A stretch of 64,000 nucleotides of DNA from Octopus sinensis. Its lineage: Eukaryota. Below are positions 24,878 to 37,205 of this stretch, in pieces. How positions within the stretch are numbered: the first letter of the stretch is position 1; each line of letters begins with the position of its first letter. Position numbers and translations under genes: made by a program. A model generated the notes under the pieces. That model saw only the letters and a program-made list of their open reading frames with translations. It ran no database searches and had not been told where the DNA came from. The DNA is taken from contig NC_043002.1 in the NCBI RefSeq assembly GCF_006345805.1, forward strand, positions 36,890,001 through 36,954,000, written 5' to 3'.

Positions 24878-25965
24878 TATATATATGTATCTGTATTTTT
24901 CTTCCTCACTGTTTGATAATCAGTGTTGGTTTCCTTATATCCCAGCATGGCTGCAGTCCAATGATTAATACATGTAAAAATCTAAAGATAAGTAGATCAA
25001 GGTAAGAGTTGAACTCAGAACACAAAGAGCTGAAGCAAATACTGCTAGCCCTCACTTCTGATGTTTTTACTGTTCTGCCAATTCACTGCCCTCTGTTAGT
25101 ACTTTTTTATTGACTCCTCTATGAATGGTAAAGTTGGCCATGTTGAGATTTGAACTTAGAAAAAATATCACAAGTCATTTGTCTCTGATACTCTAATGAC
25201 ACTGCTAATTTGTTACCTAAAATTTGGAAATTTGTGTGATGGTTGAATTCCTCATTTTGGGTACGAAGGAATAATTCTGTATTGCGAAACGATTGTAGCA
25301 GACTCAGCACATTTCAACATAGGTGTGTGTATGTGTAGTAAACACTGCATTTTGTATAAACACTAACATATATGCATGAATATGTATAGATTCTTCCACA
25401 CATATGTGTGTGTGTGTGTGTGTGTGTCTGCATATACATATAGATATATACATACATTTCCTTCTCTAATACGAGAGAGAGAAATACTGCAATTTATGTA
25501 ATATACATAGAGGGGAAAACAGAAATGAAGAATAAAAAGAATTGTAATGGAATCAATCAGAAATTGAAGCCATATCATTTAGTTAATTTTCATTGCCATT
25601 ATGATTTCTACAGCTCTGTGGTTTCATATTCTCAATTATAAACATATATGTTTATGTGTTTTCCTATTTATATGTACTCCCCTCTCACATTAGACATTTT
25701 AAAGATATCTTGGATTGCCTAAATAGTAGAATTCATGATTCAGCTTCCAAAGTAGGATACCGAGAAGTGCATTGTAATAAACCTGATTTCAGATCGGAGA
25801 TTAGAGTTAAGTACCTCCTCTAAGGTAAAGACATGATATAATGAATTTCCTAAAATATTAAGGCTATGAGCCATGGACTAAGTGTTCAATACCTTAAATA
25901 ATCAAGTAGGTATTACACATAATACATAAGACACAGAGTACACGTTATACACAAAATACACACTA

Positions 25966-26180
25966 TCTTTTATCTTTTATTTTTTCAGTTACTTGATTGC
26001 AGCCATGTTGGAGCACTACCTTGAAGGGTTTTTAGTTGAACAACTTGACCAGCACTATTGTTTTACAAAGTCTAATACTTATTCTACCTGTCTTGTTTGC
26101 TGAACTGCTAAGTTGCAGGTATGTAAGCACACCAACACCAGTTGGGGGACAAACACAGGCACAGAAACACACACATATAG
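25966..26180 (-). mobile_element. SINE family A, 3' portion
   Basis: ttttcagttacttgattgcagccatgttggagcac...ggacaaacac. Confidence 0.8.
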
Positions 26181-26213
26181 ATATATGCATGCATACATAG
26201 ATATATGCATGCA

Positions 26214-26246
<33 letters not shown>

Positions 26247-26250
26247 CTGC

Positions 26251-26477
26251 TCTCTTTTACTCTTTTCCTTGTTTCAGCTATGTGACTGTGGCCATGCTGG
26301 AGCACCGCTTTTAGTCGAGCAAATTGAACCCAGGACTTATTCTTTGTAAGCCTAGTACTTATTCTATCAGGCTCTTTTGCTGAACTGCTAAGTTACGGGG
26401 ACGTAAACACACCAGCATCGGTTGTCAAGTGATGTTGGTGGGTGGGTGGGTGGACAAACACAGACACACAAACATAT

Positions 26478-26528
<51 letters not shown>

Positions 26529-26566
26529 CGACGGGCTTCTTTCAGTTTCTGTCTACCAAATTCACT
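26251..26566 (-). mobile_element. SINE family A, 5'-truncated
   Basis: Reverse complement of the family 3' two-thirds. Confidence 0.88.
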
Positions 26567-26588
26567 ATCTATCTATATATATATATAT

Positions 26589-26749
26589 AGGTGCAGACGG
26601 GGCTGTGTGGTAAGTAGCTTGTTTACCAACCACATGGTTTCGTGTTCAGTTCCTCTGCATGGAATTTTGGGCAAGTGTCTTCTACTATAGCCTCAGACTG
26701 ACCAGAGCCTTGCGAGTAGATTTGGTAGATGGAAACTGAAAGAAGCCTG

Positions 26750-26789
<40 letters not shown>

Positions 26790-27010
26790 GTTTGTGTGTG
26801 TACATATTTGTGTGTTTGTGTCCCTCCACCATTGCTTGACAACCGATGTCGGTGTGTTTACGTCACTGTAACTTAGCGGTTCAGCAAAAGAGACTGATAG
26901 AATAGGTACCAGGCTTACAAAGAATAAGTTCAGGGGATTGATATCTTCAGCTAAAAGGTTGTGCTCCAGCATGGCCACAGTCAAAATGACTGAAACAATT
27001 AAAATGAATA
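26589..27010 (+). mobile_element. SINE family A, full length
   Basis: Colinear with 52179-52640. Confidence 0.9.
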
Positions 27011-27117
27011 AAAAAATCCAAACATATACATATTTATATTGATAGATAGAGAGATATGCACATATATACACAAACATATGTATATATATATAAATATAGA
27101 TATTTACCCAGATGTAC

Positions 27118-27440
27118 ATCATCATCGTTTAACGTCTGTTTTCCATGCTAGCACTGGTTGGAATGTTTGACCGGGGTCTGGGAAGCCAGGAGGCTATGCC
27201 AGGCTCCAGTCTGATCTGGCAGTGTTTCTACAGGTAGTGTCCTTCCTAACATCAACCACTCCGTGAGTGTAGTGGGTGCTTTTTACGTGCCACCAACATA
27301 GGGGCCAGAGGAGGCTGGCAAACAGCCACGATCGGTTGGTGCTTGTACATGTCACCAACACGGATGACAGTCAGGCGGTGCTGGCATCAGCCACGTTCGG
27401 ATGGTGCTTTTTACGTGCTACTGGCATGGGTATCATAACT
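27118..27440 (-). mobile_element. Family B repeat
   Basis: catcatcgtttaacgtctgttttccatgctagc... Confidence 0.85.
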
Positions 27441-28116
27441 ATGCATATATAATTATATATACATATAAATGTGTGTGCATCTATCTATATCTACACACAC
27501 ACACATATATATATTTATGTATGTATGTACATATATATACTTATATATATGTATATATCATTATATAGGCATGCATATCTGTGTATATATCTATGTTTAT
27601 AAATATACATATATATGTTTATATATGTGTATATATGTGTGTATGTATGTATGTATTCAAACTCATTATAAAATCCTAATGGGTAGCTAATGTGAATTAT
27701 AATGTAATTGAAAGTGAGCTGAAACATGTATTTCTAAAACTTCAGAATCTCATCATGTTTTGTATGCATAATGATTGCAGACACATTGAAAATTAACAAC
27801 TTCAATAATAAATTTACTGAAAAATGTAATAGATTCTATCACATATCCTTTTCTCAAGTTATTACTTCCGTACAACGAACTATAGTTATACAAATTCAAA
27901 ATTTCACATACACACATGCCCGCACATGCATGTGTACACATGCATACATCAACACATACATATGTATATATATGTTTGAGTGAATGTATGTGTGCGAATT
28001 AATGCCACTGTCTTGATACCATGTGCCTCTGCTAAACTAAACCGCTCTTATGCAAGTACTGTTTTTATTTTCAGTCGTCTTCATAATAATCCAACAAAAA
28101 TGTATATAACTATTGT

Positions 28117-28155
<39 letters not shown>

Positions 28156-28287
28156 TATATACATGTTTATATATATATATATAATTATATATATATATAT
28201 ATATATATGTCTATATACATGTTTATATATATATATATATATATATATAAACATGTATATATACATGTATGTAGACATATATATATA

Positions 28288-28560
28288 TCATTATCATCAT
28301 CGTTTAATGTCTGCTTTCCATGCTAGCATGAGTTGGACGATTTGACTGAAGTCTGGCGAACCAGATGGCAGCACCAGACTCCAATCTGATCTGGCAGAGT
28401 TTCTAAAGCTCGATGCCCTTCCTAACGCCAACCACTCTGAGAGTGTAGTGGGTGCTTATATGTACCACCGGCACAAGGGCCAGTTAGGTGGTACTGGCAA
28501 TGGCCATGCTTAAATGGTGCTTTTTATGTGCCACCTGCACAGGAGCCAGTTCAGCGGCAT
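28288..28560 (-). mobile_element. Family B repeat
   Basis: Same tail motif, reverse strand. Confidence 0.85.
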
Positions 28561-28602
28561 ATATATATATATATACTCACATATATATAGGTGGGGAAAG
28601 CA

Positions 28603-28667
<65 letters not shown>

Positions 28668-28683
28668 CTTAGAAGAGCTATGT

Positions 28684-28727
<44 letters not shown>

Positions 28728-28729
<2 letters not shown>

Positions 28730-29591
28730 AGGTCTGATCAAGAAGTATCTGGTCTGTTGCCATGGTAACGAAGCTAAAGCACACAGTGTGAAGCCACTTG
28801 GTACAGATTGACTTTGAACTCTGTTGTGCATGCACACAAAATTTTAATGTTCTAGCTCCCTTCTACTGTTTACAGCAGTGCTTGGAAGGGAGGTGTGTAG
28901 TGTGTGTTCATCACATTGACCATGACAGAGAAAGTTGTCATGGTGATACCTGCTCAGAGGCCTATGCAAGTTGTGGAAAGTGTATGGAGAGGAGTTTATG
29001 AGCTGCACAAAATTTTACAAGTGGTTTAGATGTTTCCAAGATAGCCGAAAAATTGTTGATATTGAGGAACGTTCTGGGAGACCCATAACCAGCAGAACTG
29101 AGAAAAGCTGTACATGTGCATGCAGCTGTGAGGGGAAATCATCGAATCACCATCCATGAGTTATTAGAGGATGTGTAGATGAGTTACAGTTTAGTTCATT
29201 ATCACTGAAGATTTTGGTATGTGACACGTGTCTGCCAAGTTTGTGCCAAAACTGCTTTCAGCTGACCAAAAAGAAACTCTGGTTTCAGTTGTACAAGATG
29301 TCCTTAATTGTATCGAAAATGCTGAAAACTCTGAGCATGTATAGCCAAGCTTTTAGCACAATTTGATGCAGAATCTCTGCTCATCTTTCTCTGTCATGGT
29401 CATTGTGACAATCACACGCTACACAGCTTCCTTCCAAGCACTGCTGTAAACAGCAGAAGTGAGTTAGAACATTAAAACTTAGTGCACATGCTTGGCAGAG
29501 TTCAAGGTCAATCTGAGACAAGCAGCTTCACTTTGTGTGCTTTAGCTTTGTTTCTATGACAACAGCCTGGATATTTATTGATCAGATCACG
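28728..29591 (+). mobile_element. Non-autonomous mariner derivative with about 200-bp inverted termini and N-terminal transposase remnant
   Basis: TA-flanked; 28728-~28933 is reverse-complementary to ~29385-29591; internal YGEEFMSCTKFYKWFRCFQDSRKIVDIEERSGRPITS (mariner HTH, RSGRP motif); no DDD domain. Confidence 0.9.
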
Positions 29592-29605
29592 TACATATAT
29601 ATATA

Positions 29606-29648
<43 letters not shown>

Positions 29649-29689
29649 TACACACATGAACACACATACATATATATACATATATATAT

Positions 29690-29853
29690 GATGGACTTAT
29701 TTTAGTTTCTATTTACCAATCCAGTCTCAAGACTTTTGTTGGCTGGGGCTATAGTAGATGACACTTACCCAAGGTGTCAGACAGTGGAACTGGAACTGAA
29801 CCTGGGACCATGTGGTGGGGAAGCAAGCTTCTTATCATACTGGCACACCTGCA

Positions 29854-29856
<3 letters not shown>
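29690..29856 (-). mobile_element. SINE family A, 5' half
   Basis: gatggacttattttagtttctatttaccaa...cacctgcaccta. Confidence 0.75.
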
Positions 29857-29901
<45 letters not shown>

Positions 29902-29903
29902 AA

Positions 29904-30181
29904 TAAAGTTAGATAAGGCTGGTTTATGGGATTACCCTGGGTTTCATGTCCATAAACCTGTTGGCTTAAAGCCTTTTTAGAATATGGAAGAGGAAAGAAC
30001 CTCTCTACTCAATTACAGCATTGAATAGTGAGGTCCTTTCTGCCTCCATATTCTAGAGAGGCTACTCGCTAGAAAGGCCTTAAGCCAACAAGTTTTGGCA
30101 TCAGATGATATGCCATAAAGCTAAACACTTTATGAACATAAAACCCAGGTTAATCCCATAAACTGGCCTTATCTAACTTTA
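29904..30181. repeat. Fold-back (nested inverted repeat) element with hammerhead remnants
   Basis: 53-nt outer arms with about 5 mismatches, plus two inner inverted pairs. Confidence 0.85.
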
Positions 30182-30247
30182 TATTATATACTGCTCTATA
30201 ACTTAGTGTGCTTCTTTTATGGGTTTATGTTTTACTGGTGATATATA

Positions 30248-30483
30248 CAGGGTGGCCCCAAAAGTAGGTTTACAGTTATTCAACTGTCTGTTTCGCATAC
30301 ATATATTAACAGTTTAGATCCTAATTATAGAAAAATATGAAATCATTATTCTATGCTAATTTAGTTAATTTTGTCAAGCTCCCTTTTCAGTTTGTAAGAT
30401 AGAAATTTAAATGTGATAAAATGTTTTAAAAGAAATTTAAAGTGCCTACATGATAACTATTAACCTACTTTTAGGCCCCGCTG
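30248..30483. mobile_element. Tc1/mariner-type MITE
   Basis: TA-flanked TIRs cagggtggccccaaaagtaggtt / aacctacttttaggccccgctg. Confidence 0.75.
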
Positions 30484-30578
30484 TATATATATTTATCTCT
30501 ATCTATATACTAATATTTAGTGGAAGCAAGCGAGTGACTCAAGATCCAAGAGCTTAGTGCATTTGCACTTATCAAGCG

Positions 30579-30690
<112 letters not shown>

Positions 30691-30695
30691 GTATG

Positions 30696-30729
<34 letters not shown>

Positions 30730-32956
30730 TGAATGTACCGGCTTATAATGGCTAGCTAGTAGACTTTTGGCTACTGAAGTAAAGGGACATATTTGCCCTT
30801 TCTGTAACAGAATACAAAATCTTTGCCATCAATATGTCTCATATAGGCTCTCGAACATGTAATCAGGAATTATTCTTTCCTTGCCACTCAGAATTTATTC
30901 TGGTTATTTGTTAATCAACTGAGATTATTTTATGCTTGGTTAAATAGTTGAATGTAAAAGGAATAATACAAACTGATCATTAAATTATCTCCAGTGATTT
31001 TACCAACAGCACCAACTTGGTTGTCTTTATATTTTGTTTGTATGTATGTATGTATGTACATTTGTCAAACATTTCTGTGAAATAAATGTGTTTTGTCATT
31101 ATTGGCTGCAAGTTAAATTTTTATTTCTCGGAGATATTCTTTGCATTGAAAATCAAATGGTTTTCTATCTAGCATGGTGACATCAAAAAGTAGCTGGTTA
31201 GAAAATGTTATTTGTTCATTGGCAAATGACATGCCAAAAGAAAGAACAAAAAAAAAGCATTTTTTAAAAAGTATAAACATAACATGTACAAGAAAATGTA
31301 GTTTTCTTAAAATGTCAAAGGAGTTTTATTAATGGAAAAAAAAATTGGGTTGGGTTTTCTTTAATTTGGAATGAAGAAAACAAAATATAAGTTTTGTTTA
31401 TGTTATTTTGTTTTGCAATTTTAATTCCTTAACTGATACAAAAGTGTGTGTACGTACACATGTGCACAGGTGTATGGAGAAGGTAGGTGAGCAGTAAGTG
31501 TATCTGTGTGAGTGTGTGTGTGAAGGAGAGAGAGTGGGGATAAAGAGATTGTTAGAATGATAAACAGAGAGATATAGACAGATAGACAGAGAGAGGAGAG
31601 GCTGAGGGAGGGTCAATTAGTCCAGTTTTAAATGATAAAGCATTTTGTTAGTGAAGTGCAATCACTGAAATTTCGTGTTTGCCAAATTAATTGACGTTTA
31701 AATACATCTAAGTTTCTAACATTAGCACAAGACCATAATCTTTTGGGGGGGATGAGGTATGTTTTATTGATCATGCAAAAATGAAAGTGAAAGTTAATTT
31801 CAGCATGATTTGACTTCAGAATTAAGTGTTGTCACTAAATACTGTAAGATATATTTTTTGGTGTTTGAATAGTTCTGTCAATCCAAACTGACTTTAAATA
31901 TTTAAGTGGTAGTGATAATAAGAGCAACAATACCTTATTTCAATTATTTGGTATTATATTGGTTTCAAATTTTGGTGCAAAGCCAGCAATTTTGGAGGAG
32001 GTGGGGAAGTCAATTAAATCGACCCTCCAGTGCTCAGCTGGTACTTATTTTATCAACCCCATAAGGATGAAAGAAAAAGAGTTAACCTCGGAGAAATTCG
32101 AACTCAGAACATAAACACGGAAGAAATGCTGTGAAGCATTTTGCCCAGTGTGCTAACGAATCGGCCAGCTCACTAATTTATTATTATACCCAACAAAGGA
32201 CTCTTCTTATGGTTGTTTACCTTGTGACAAAGAACAGTCAGATTTCCCTCACTCAGTTTCCAAGAAAAAGAAAATGTAGTAAAACACTGAATAATGTAGG
32301 CTTAAAGATATGGCATTGAATAAAATAAGACAGGATTGTCACAATCAAAGATGTTTTTGATCAGAACTGACCTAGTATTTAAGAACAGCAGCATAAAGCT
32401 TAATATGTGTACACTATACATAAACACCAACATAAAAGATACCAAAATAAAAGACATAAGTAATAAAAATAAAATAAAACAGTTAAGGGAAATACAAAAT
32501 ACACTGAGTGAGAGTGATGGGGATCAATCCTTAATGAATAATTATTCTTACTACTGAAAAGTCAATCACTATCTAATTATGAAAAAAAAAAGAAATATAT
32601 ATATATATATATATATATATCACATCTAAATATATAAGTTCTAAGATATATTTGAATGTCTAGAAAGTTAGGACTTAATTCAAACAGTTGTACAATGAAC
32701 AAATTTTCTGATATTTATTAGTAAAAAAATTTTCATGTTTTTCAAAAGAACATCATTAAAATAACTATTGGGTTATTTGTATAAAAATATAAGATATATA
32801 GTATCTGAATAATTGCTTTTTAAAAAAAAGGTATAAATAATAAATTAAAAATTTATAATTAATTATAAAGTAAATTAAATATTTTTTAATAAAATAAAAT
32901 AAAATAAAATAAATATTTTTCATTGTTTCTATTTGGGACTTTGATTTTACAAAATT

Positions 32957-33179
32957 TTCTTACTCTTTTACTTGTTTCAGTCATTTGACTGTGGCCATGC
33001 TGGAGCATCACCTTTAGTCGAGCACATCGGCTCCAGGACTTATTCTTTGTAAGCCTAGTACTTATTCTATCAGTCTCTTTTGCTGAACCGTTAACCGCTA
33101 AGTTATGGGGACGTAAACACACCAGCATCGGTTGTCAAGTGATGTTGAGGGTGGGGACAAACACAGACACACAAAAGAT

Positions 33180-33224
<45 letters not shown>

Positions 33225-33397
33225 CATACATATGATGGGCTTCTTTCAGTTTCCATCTACCAAATCCACTCACAAGGCTTTGGTTGGCCCAAGGCTATAG
33301 TAGAAGACACTTGCCCAAGGTGCCACACAGTGGGCCTGAACCCAGAACCATATGGTTGGTAAGCCAGCTACTTACCACACAGCCACTTCTGCGCCTA
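32957..33397 (-). mobile_element. tRNA-derived SINE family A (octopus OK/OR-type), near full length
   Basis: Head aggcgcagaagtggctgtgtggtaag..ggttcag, internal (TA)n/(TG)n, tail gactgaaacaagtaaaagagtaag; more than 15 related copies in the window. Confidence 0.9.
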
Positions 33398-33784
33398 TAG
33401 AAAAATATATTTGCTATTGTTGCTGTTTTGCTCTTGATGAGTTGTGATTGAATAAATGTATGATCATGGGTGTCACAGCTACAATCACACTGTCTTTTTG
33501 TTTTATTTTTCATATAAAGTACAGGAAAGGCTATGTGATTAATAAGTTTACTTCACAAAACATGCTTACAAGCTCAATCCCATTGCATGGCACCTTGAGC
33601 AAGATTCTCATTTCATGGTGACTAATACATTGTGGCTGAAATTGGTAGACAGAAACTGTACAGAAATCTCTTGTACATATTTATATTTCTTGTGTGTAAC
33701 TTCATATGTCAAAGTGCAGGGAAGTAGTAAGTACTAAGACCACATGCAAAATAGACACCCTTCAGTATCCTAGTGGCTCTCTAA

Positions 33785-34125
33785 AAAGTTGTTACCAAGG
33801 GGACTTAGCAGTTGAGGTAGATGTCCTAAGAGTATAGTAACCTGAGTAAGAATTGGCTGGAAAATGTTCAGGGAACTATTAATTTTAGTGGCAACAAAAG
33901 ATTCTTCAAAGCAAATGGTAGTTTGTATAATACTCATGTATGAAGCACAATGAAGCATTGTTATGAGACATGGACCTTGAATAGACAATATTCAAAAGGA
34001 ATGAAGTGAGCATGCCTTGCTGGAAGTGTAATATGAGTGTGCATAAATGAAACTCATAAATGAGCTGAGAGAATAACTGACCATAAGAAGGATCAGATAT
34101 CTTACACTTCATCCTGTTCTAGAAG
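33785..34125 (+). mobile_element. Decayed RTE-clade LINE ORF2 fragment
   Basis: Frameshifted motifs CYQGD..RIGWKMFRELL..GSLYNTHV..HCYETWTLN, resembling RTE FCYLGD..W.KFRELLPLL..KGRLY..ETW. Confidence 0.7.
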
Positions 34126-34143
34126 CATAGTTAGTAACAACCT

Positions 34144-34447
34144 GGAGGCACATGGCCTAGTAGTTAGAGCAGCGGACTCGCAGTCGAGGGATCATGGGTT
34201 CGAATCTCGGACAGGGCGATGTGTGTGTTTATGAGTGAAAACACCTAAGCACCACGCGGCTCCGGCAGAAGGTAATGGCGAACTTCTGCTGACTCTTTCG
34301 CCACAACTTTCTCTCACTATTTCCTCCTGCATCTTACAGCTCACCTGCGACAGACCGGTGTCCAGTCCAGGTGGGGAACCTATACGCCAAGGAAACTGGG
34401 AAGCTGGCCCTTATGAACCAGGCATGGCTCAAGAAGGGACAAACAAA
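34144..34447 (+). mobile_element. tRNA-derived SINE family D
   Basis: Head ggaggcacatggcctagtagttagagc..gggttcgaatctc (A/B boxes); body cctgcgacagaccggtgtccagtccaggtggggaac. Confidence 0.8.
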
Positions 34448-34470
34448 CTAGCATTGAAAGCAGATGTAAA

Positions 34471-34505
<35 letters not shown>

Positions 34506-35211
34506 AGTATTTATATCTTACATGAAATGTGGCTCAAGTAACTCTAAAAGAACTAATCTTTGAGTGGTATGACAATATGAATAGCAAATCTAACTGCTTT
34601 TATATATATATATATATATACGGATATATTTCTTGATGTCATAATTAAATGAAGTATATAATTAACTATAATTTATAAATATGTATAATATAATTACACA
34701 TTTGAAATTAAAATTAACAAGTTCCACATGAATTTCATGGCATTTGAATATGTAAAGAAACTTTAGTAGACTAACTTGTTTTAGGCCTCAAATTATTTAA
34801 TTAAAATTTTTTAATAAAAGTTAATGAAACAGTTTTGCTTGCAAAATTAATCTGTAAGACAATACTATAATTGATATCACACGTTCTTAATTAGTAATTA
34901 CTAATAACCATAAGGATAAAAATTTTACGCAGTCATATAAAAGACAAAACTGCTTTAATTTTCTTGAGAATTTAATCCATATTTTTATTTTTATGTACAT
35001 CTTTGAATATGAATAAAGAATAAATATATAATTTATATATAAAAGATGTAAAGATAGGTGGTAGATTGACACAATGATTTGAGCACCAAATTAAAGTATC
35101 TTACAGTTTTTTGGAGGCTCTATACATTCTGAGTTCAAATCCTGCTGAAGTCAACTTTATCTTTTATCTTTCTAGGGTCAATAATTAAAGAGCCAATCCA
35201 GACTGGTGGAA

Positions 35212-35622
35212 TTCTTTTACCTTGCTTCAGTCATTGGATTGCAGCCATGCTAGAGCACTGCTTTGAAAGGTTTTAGTTGAATAAATAAATCAACTCCAGT
35301 ACCTATTTTTAAAGCCTGGTACTTATACTTATTCTATTGGTCTCTTTTGCTGAACCACAAAGTTATGGGGATATGAACAAACCAACACCAGTTGTCAAGT
35401 AGTTGGGAAGACAAACACAAACACAAATAGATACACACAAAGACACACGTGTGCATGCACACACACACACACAATGTGTTTCCATCCAGTTTTCATCAAC
35501 CAAATTCATTCATTAGTTGATCTAAGTCTATAGTAGAAGACACTTGCCCAAGGTGCTGCAGAAGGGTACTGAACTTGAAAACACATGGTTGCAAAGTGAG
35601 CTTCTTAACCACACTGCCATGC
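35212..35622 (-). mobile_element. SINE family A, diverged
   Basis: Colinear with 32957-33397. Confidence 0.8.
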
Positions 35623-36787
35623 TAACACCTGGGTAGATAGAAGTGGACCAAATATCTTGCAGTATTTGTTCAAGTTCTTTACATCTTGAATTTATTGGCA
35701 ATGACACTAGAGCAAAGCTGCATTGGATCTTGCTTCTCCCTTGAACAACGCTATTGACAAAGAGAGGGGAGATTTGTTGTCTAGATAACAGTTGGTTTAC
35801 TATGAAGGCCCTTAACCAGGAGTAGAAAAATGAAAATGAATATATAATGTTTTATTTTTGTATTTGGTTTGCAAAATTGTTGATGTGCATTCACATGTTG
35901 AAAGAGATTTAATTGTATCTTGGGAGTATCATTACACCATTGATAAAGAGACAGTCAGACCCGAAGCAGACAAATTGACTAATAGTAATCCTTTCTACTA
36001 TAGGCACAAGGCCTGAAATTCTGGGGAAGTGGGTGTAGCCAATACCATTGACTCCCGTGCACAACTGGTAGCTATCTTACTGACCCCAAAAGGATGAAAA
36101 GCAAAGTTGCCCTCTGTAAAGATTGATGTTAATGATTCTGCCAGCTTGTCACCTTAAATTGCCTAATGATGATAAAAGTAAAATAGAACTGGAATATATG
36201 TTTATTATTGACAAGATGAACCTCCCCCACCTCTGACCCAGATACGACAGAACATATGATATCCATATATATCTATATATATTCATTCATAATACAGTCT
36301 TTATGAGCTTTTAGATGTTTGAAATTTCTTGGTTTAATGCAGTTCTGTCAGTTTCAATACAAGATCTCAGTTCAAACTACTTCAAAACAAGTACAACTCC
36401 AAAATTTGTGCAAGCAGTTATGAAAATATACACACATACACAGAATTTTATCCCTTTGTATATTTGTATATTTATTATTACTGTGAAATTAGACCAATTA
36501 TATGGTAAATCTGCTGGCTCTTTTCAAATAGCCCCGCCACCAAATCTCTGTGATCTAAGCATGAGTGTCTAATTTTACAGCTAGATTAAATATATAGGTA
36601 TGGTGATGTGGTTAAGAAGTTAGTATAAAGCCATGTCAATTTAGCTCTGTTGCATGGCACCTTGGGTAAGTGCCTTTTTACTTTAGCCTTAGGTTGATCA
36701 ATACTTTGTGAGTGAAATTTGCTAGCTGGATACTGTACAGAAGCCTGTTATATGCATGCATGCATATGTACATACATACAGACAGAC

Positions 36788-37205
36788 AGAATCTACGGTT
36801 ACTCTATCTAGACTACAAGTTCAGGTTTATACCCGTAATCATTGGGGCACTGGGGTATGTAACACATTGCCTAAATACCAATCTTGAGAAATTAGGCTTC
36901 TCAGAACCAGAAAGGAGAAAGCTTATTTGAAGTCTATATATATCCAAGCCATCACCAGAACTGTAAAAATCTGTAAAACTTTCCAGAAGTTTATCATTTA
37001 AGTATATATGAACATGTCTTGACATGCAACTATATACATGAGAATATATACCTAAAACAAAACATGCAAATCTGCACATATACATACATGCATGCAAAAA
37101 TATCCTGTTGATGTTGTTGAAATTCCAATGAAAGAGCCTTGGTTTTAGGTTAGAAACCATCTCTTTCTCTAATGGCAAGAAATCTTGAAATAAAACTGAA
37201 TAATG
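36788..37205 (+). mobile_element. 3' end of R2-superfamily (R4/HERO-like, REL endonuclease) retrotransposon with 3' UTR
   Basis: NLRLLYLDYKFRFIPVIIGALGYVTHCLNTNLEKLGFSEPERRKLI*SLYIQAITRTVKICKTFQKFII*; the PxIIGALG motif is typical of REL C-termini. Confidence 0.75.

Noticed and set aside
34144-34215. tRNA gene
   Set aside because: A/B boxes are present, but it continues directly into a SINE body and has no clean acceptor stem. The same applies to the other SINE heads.
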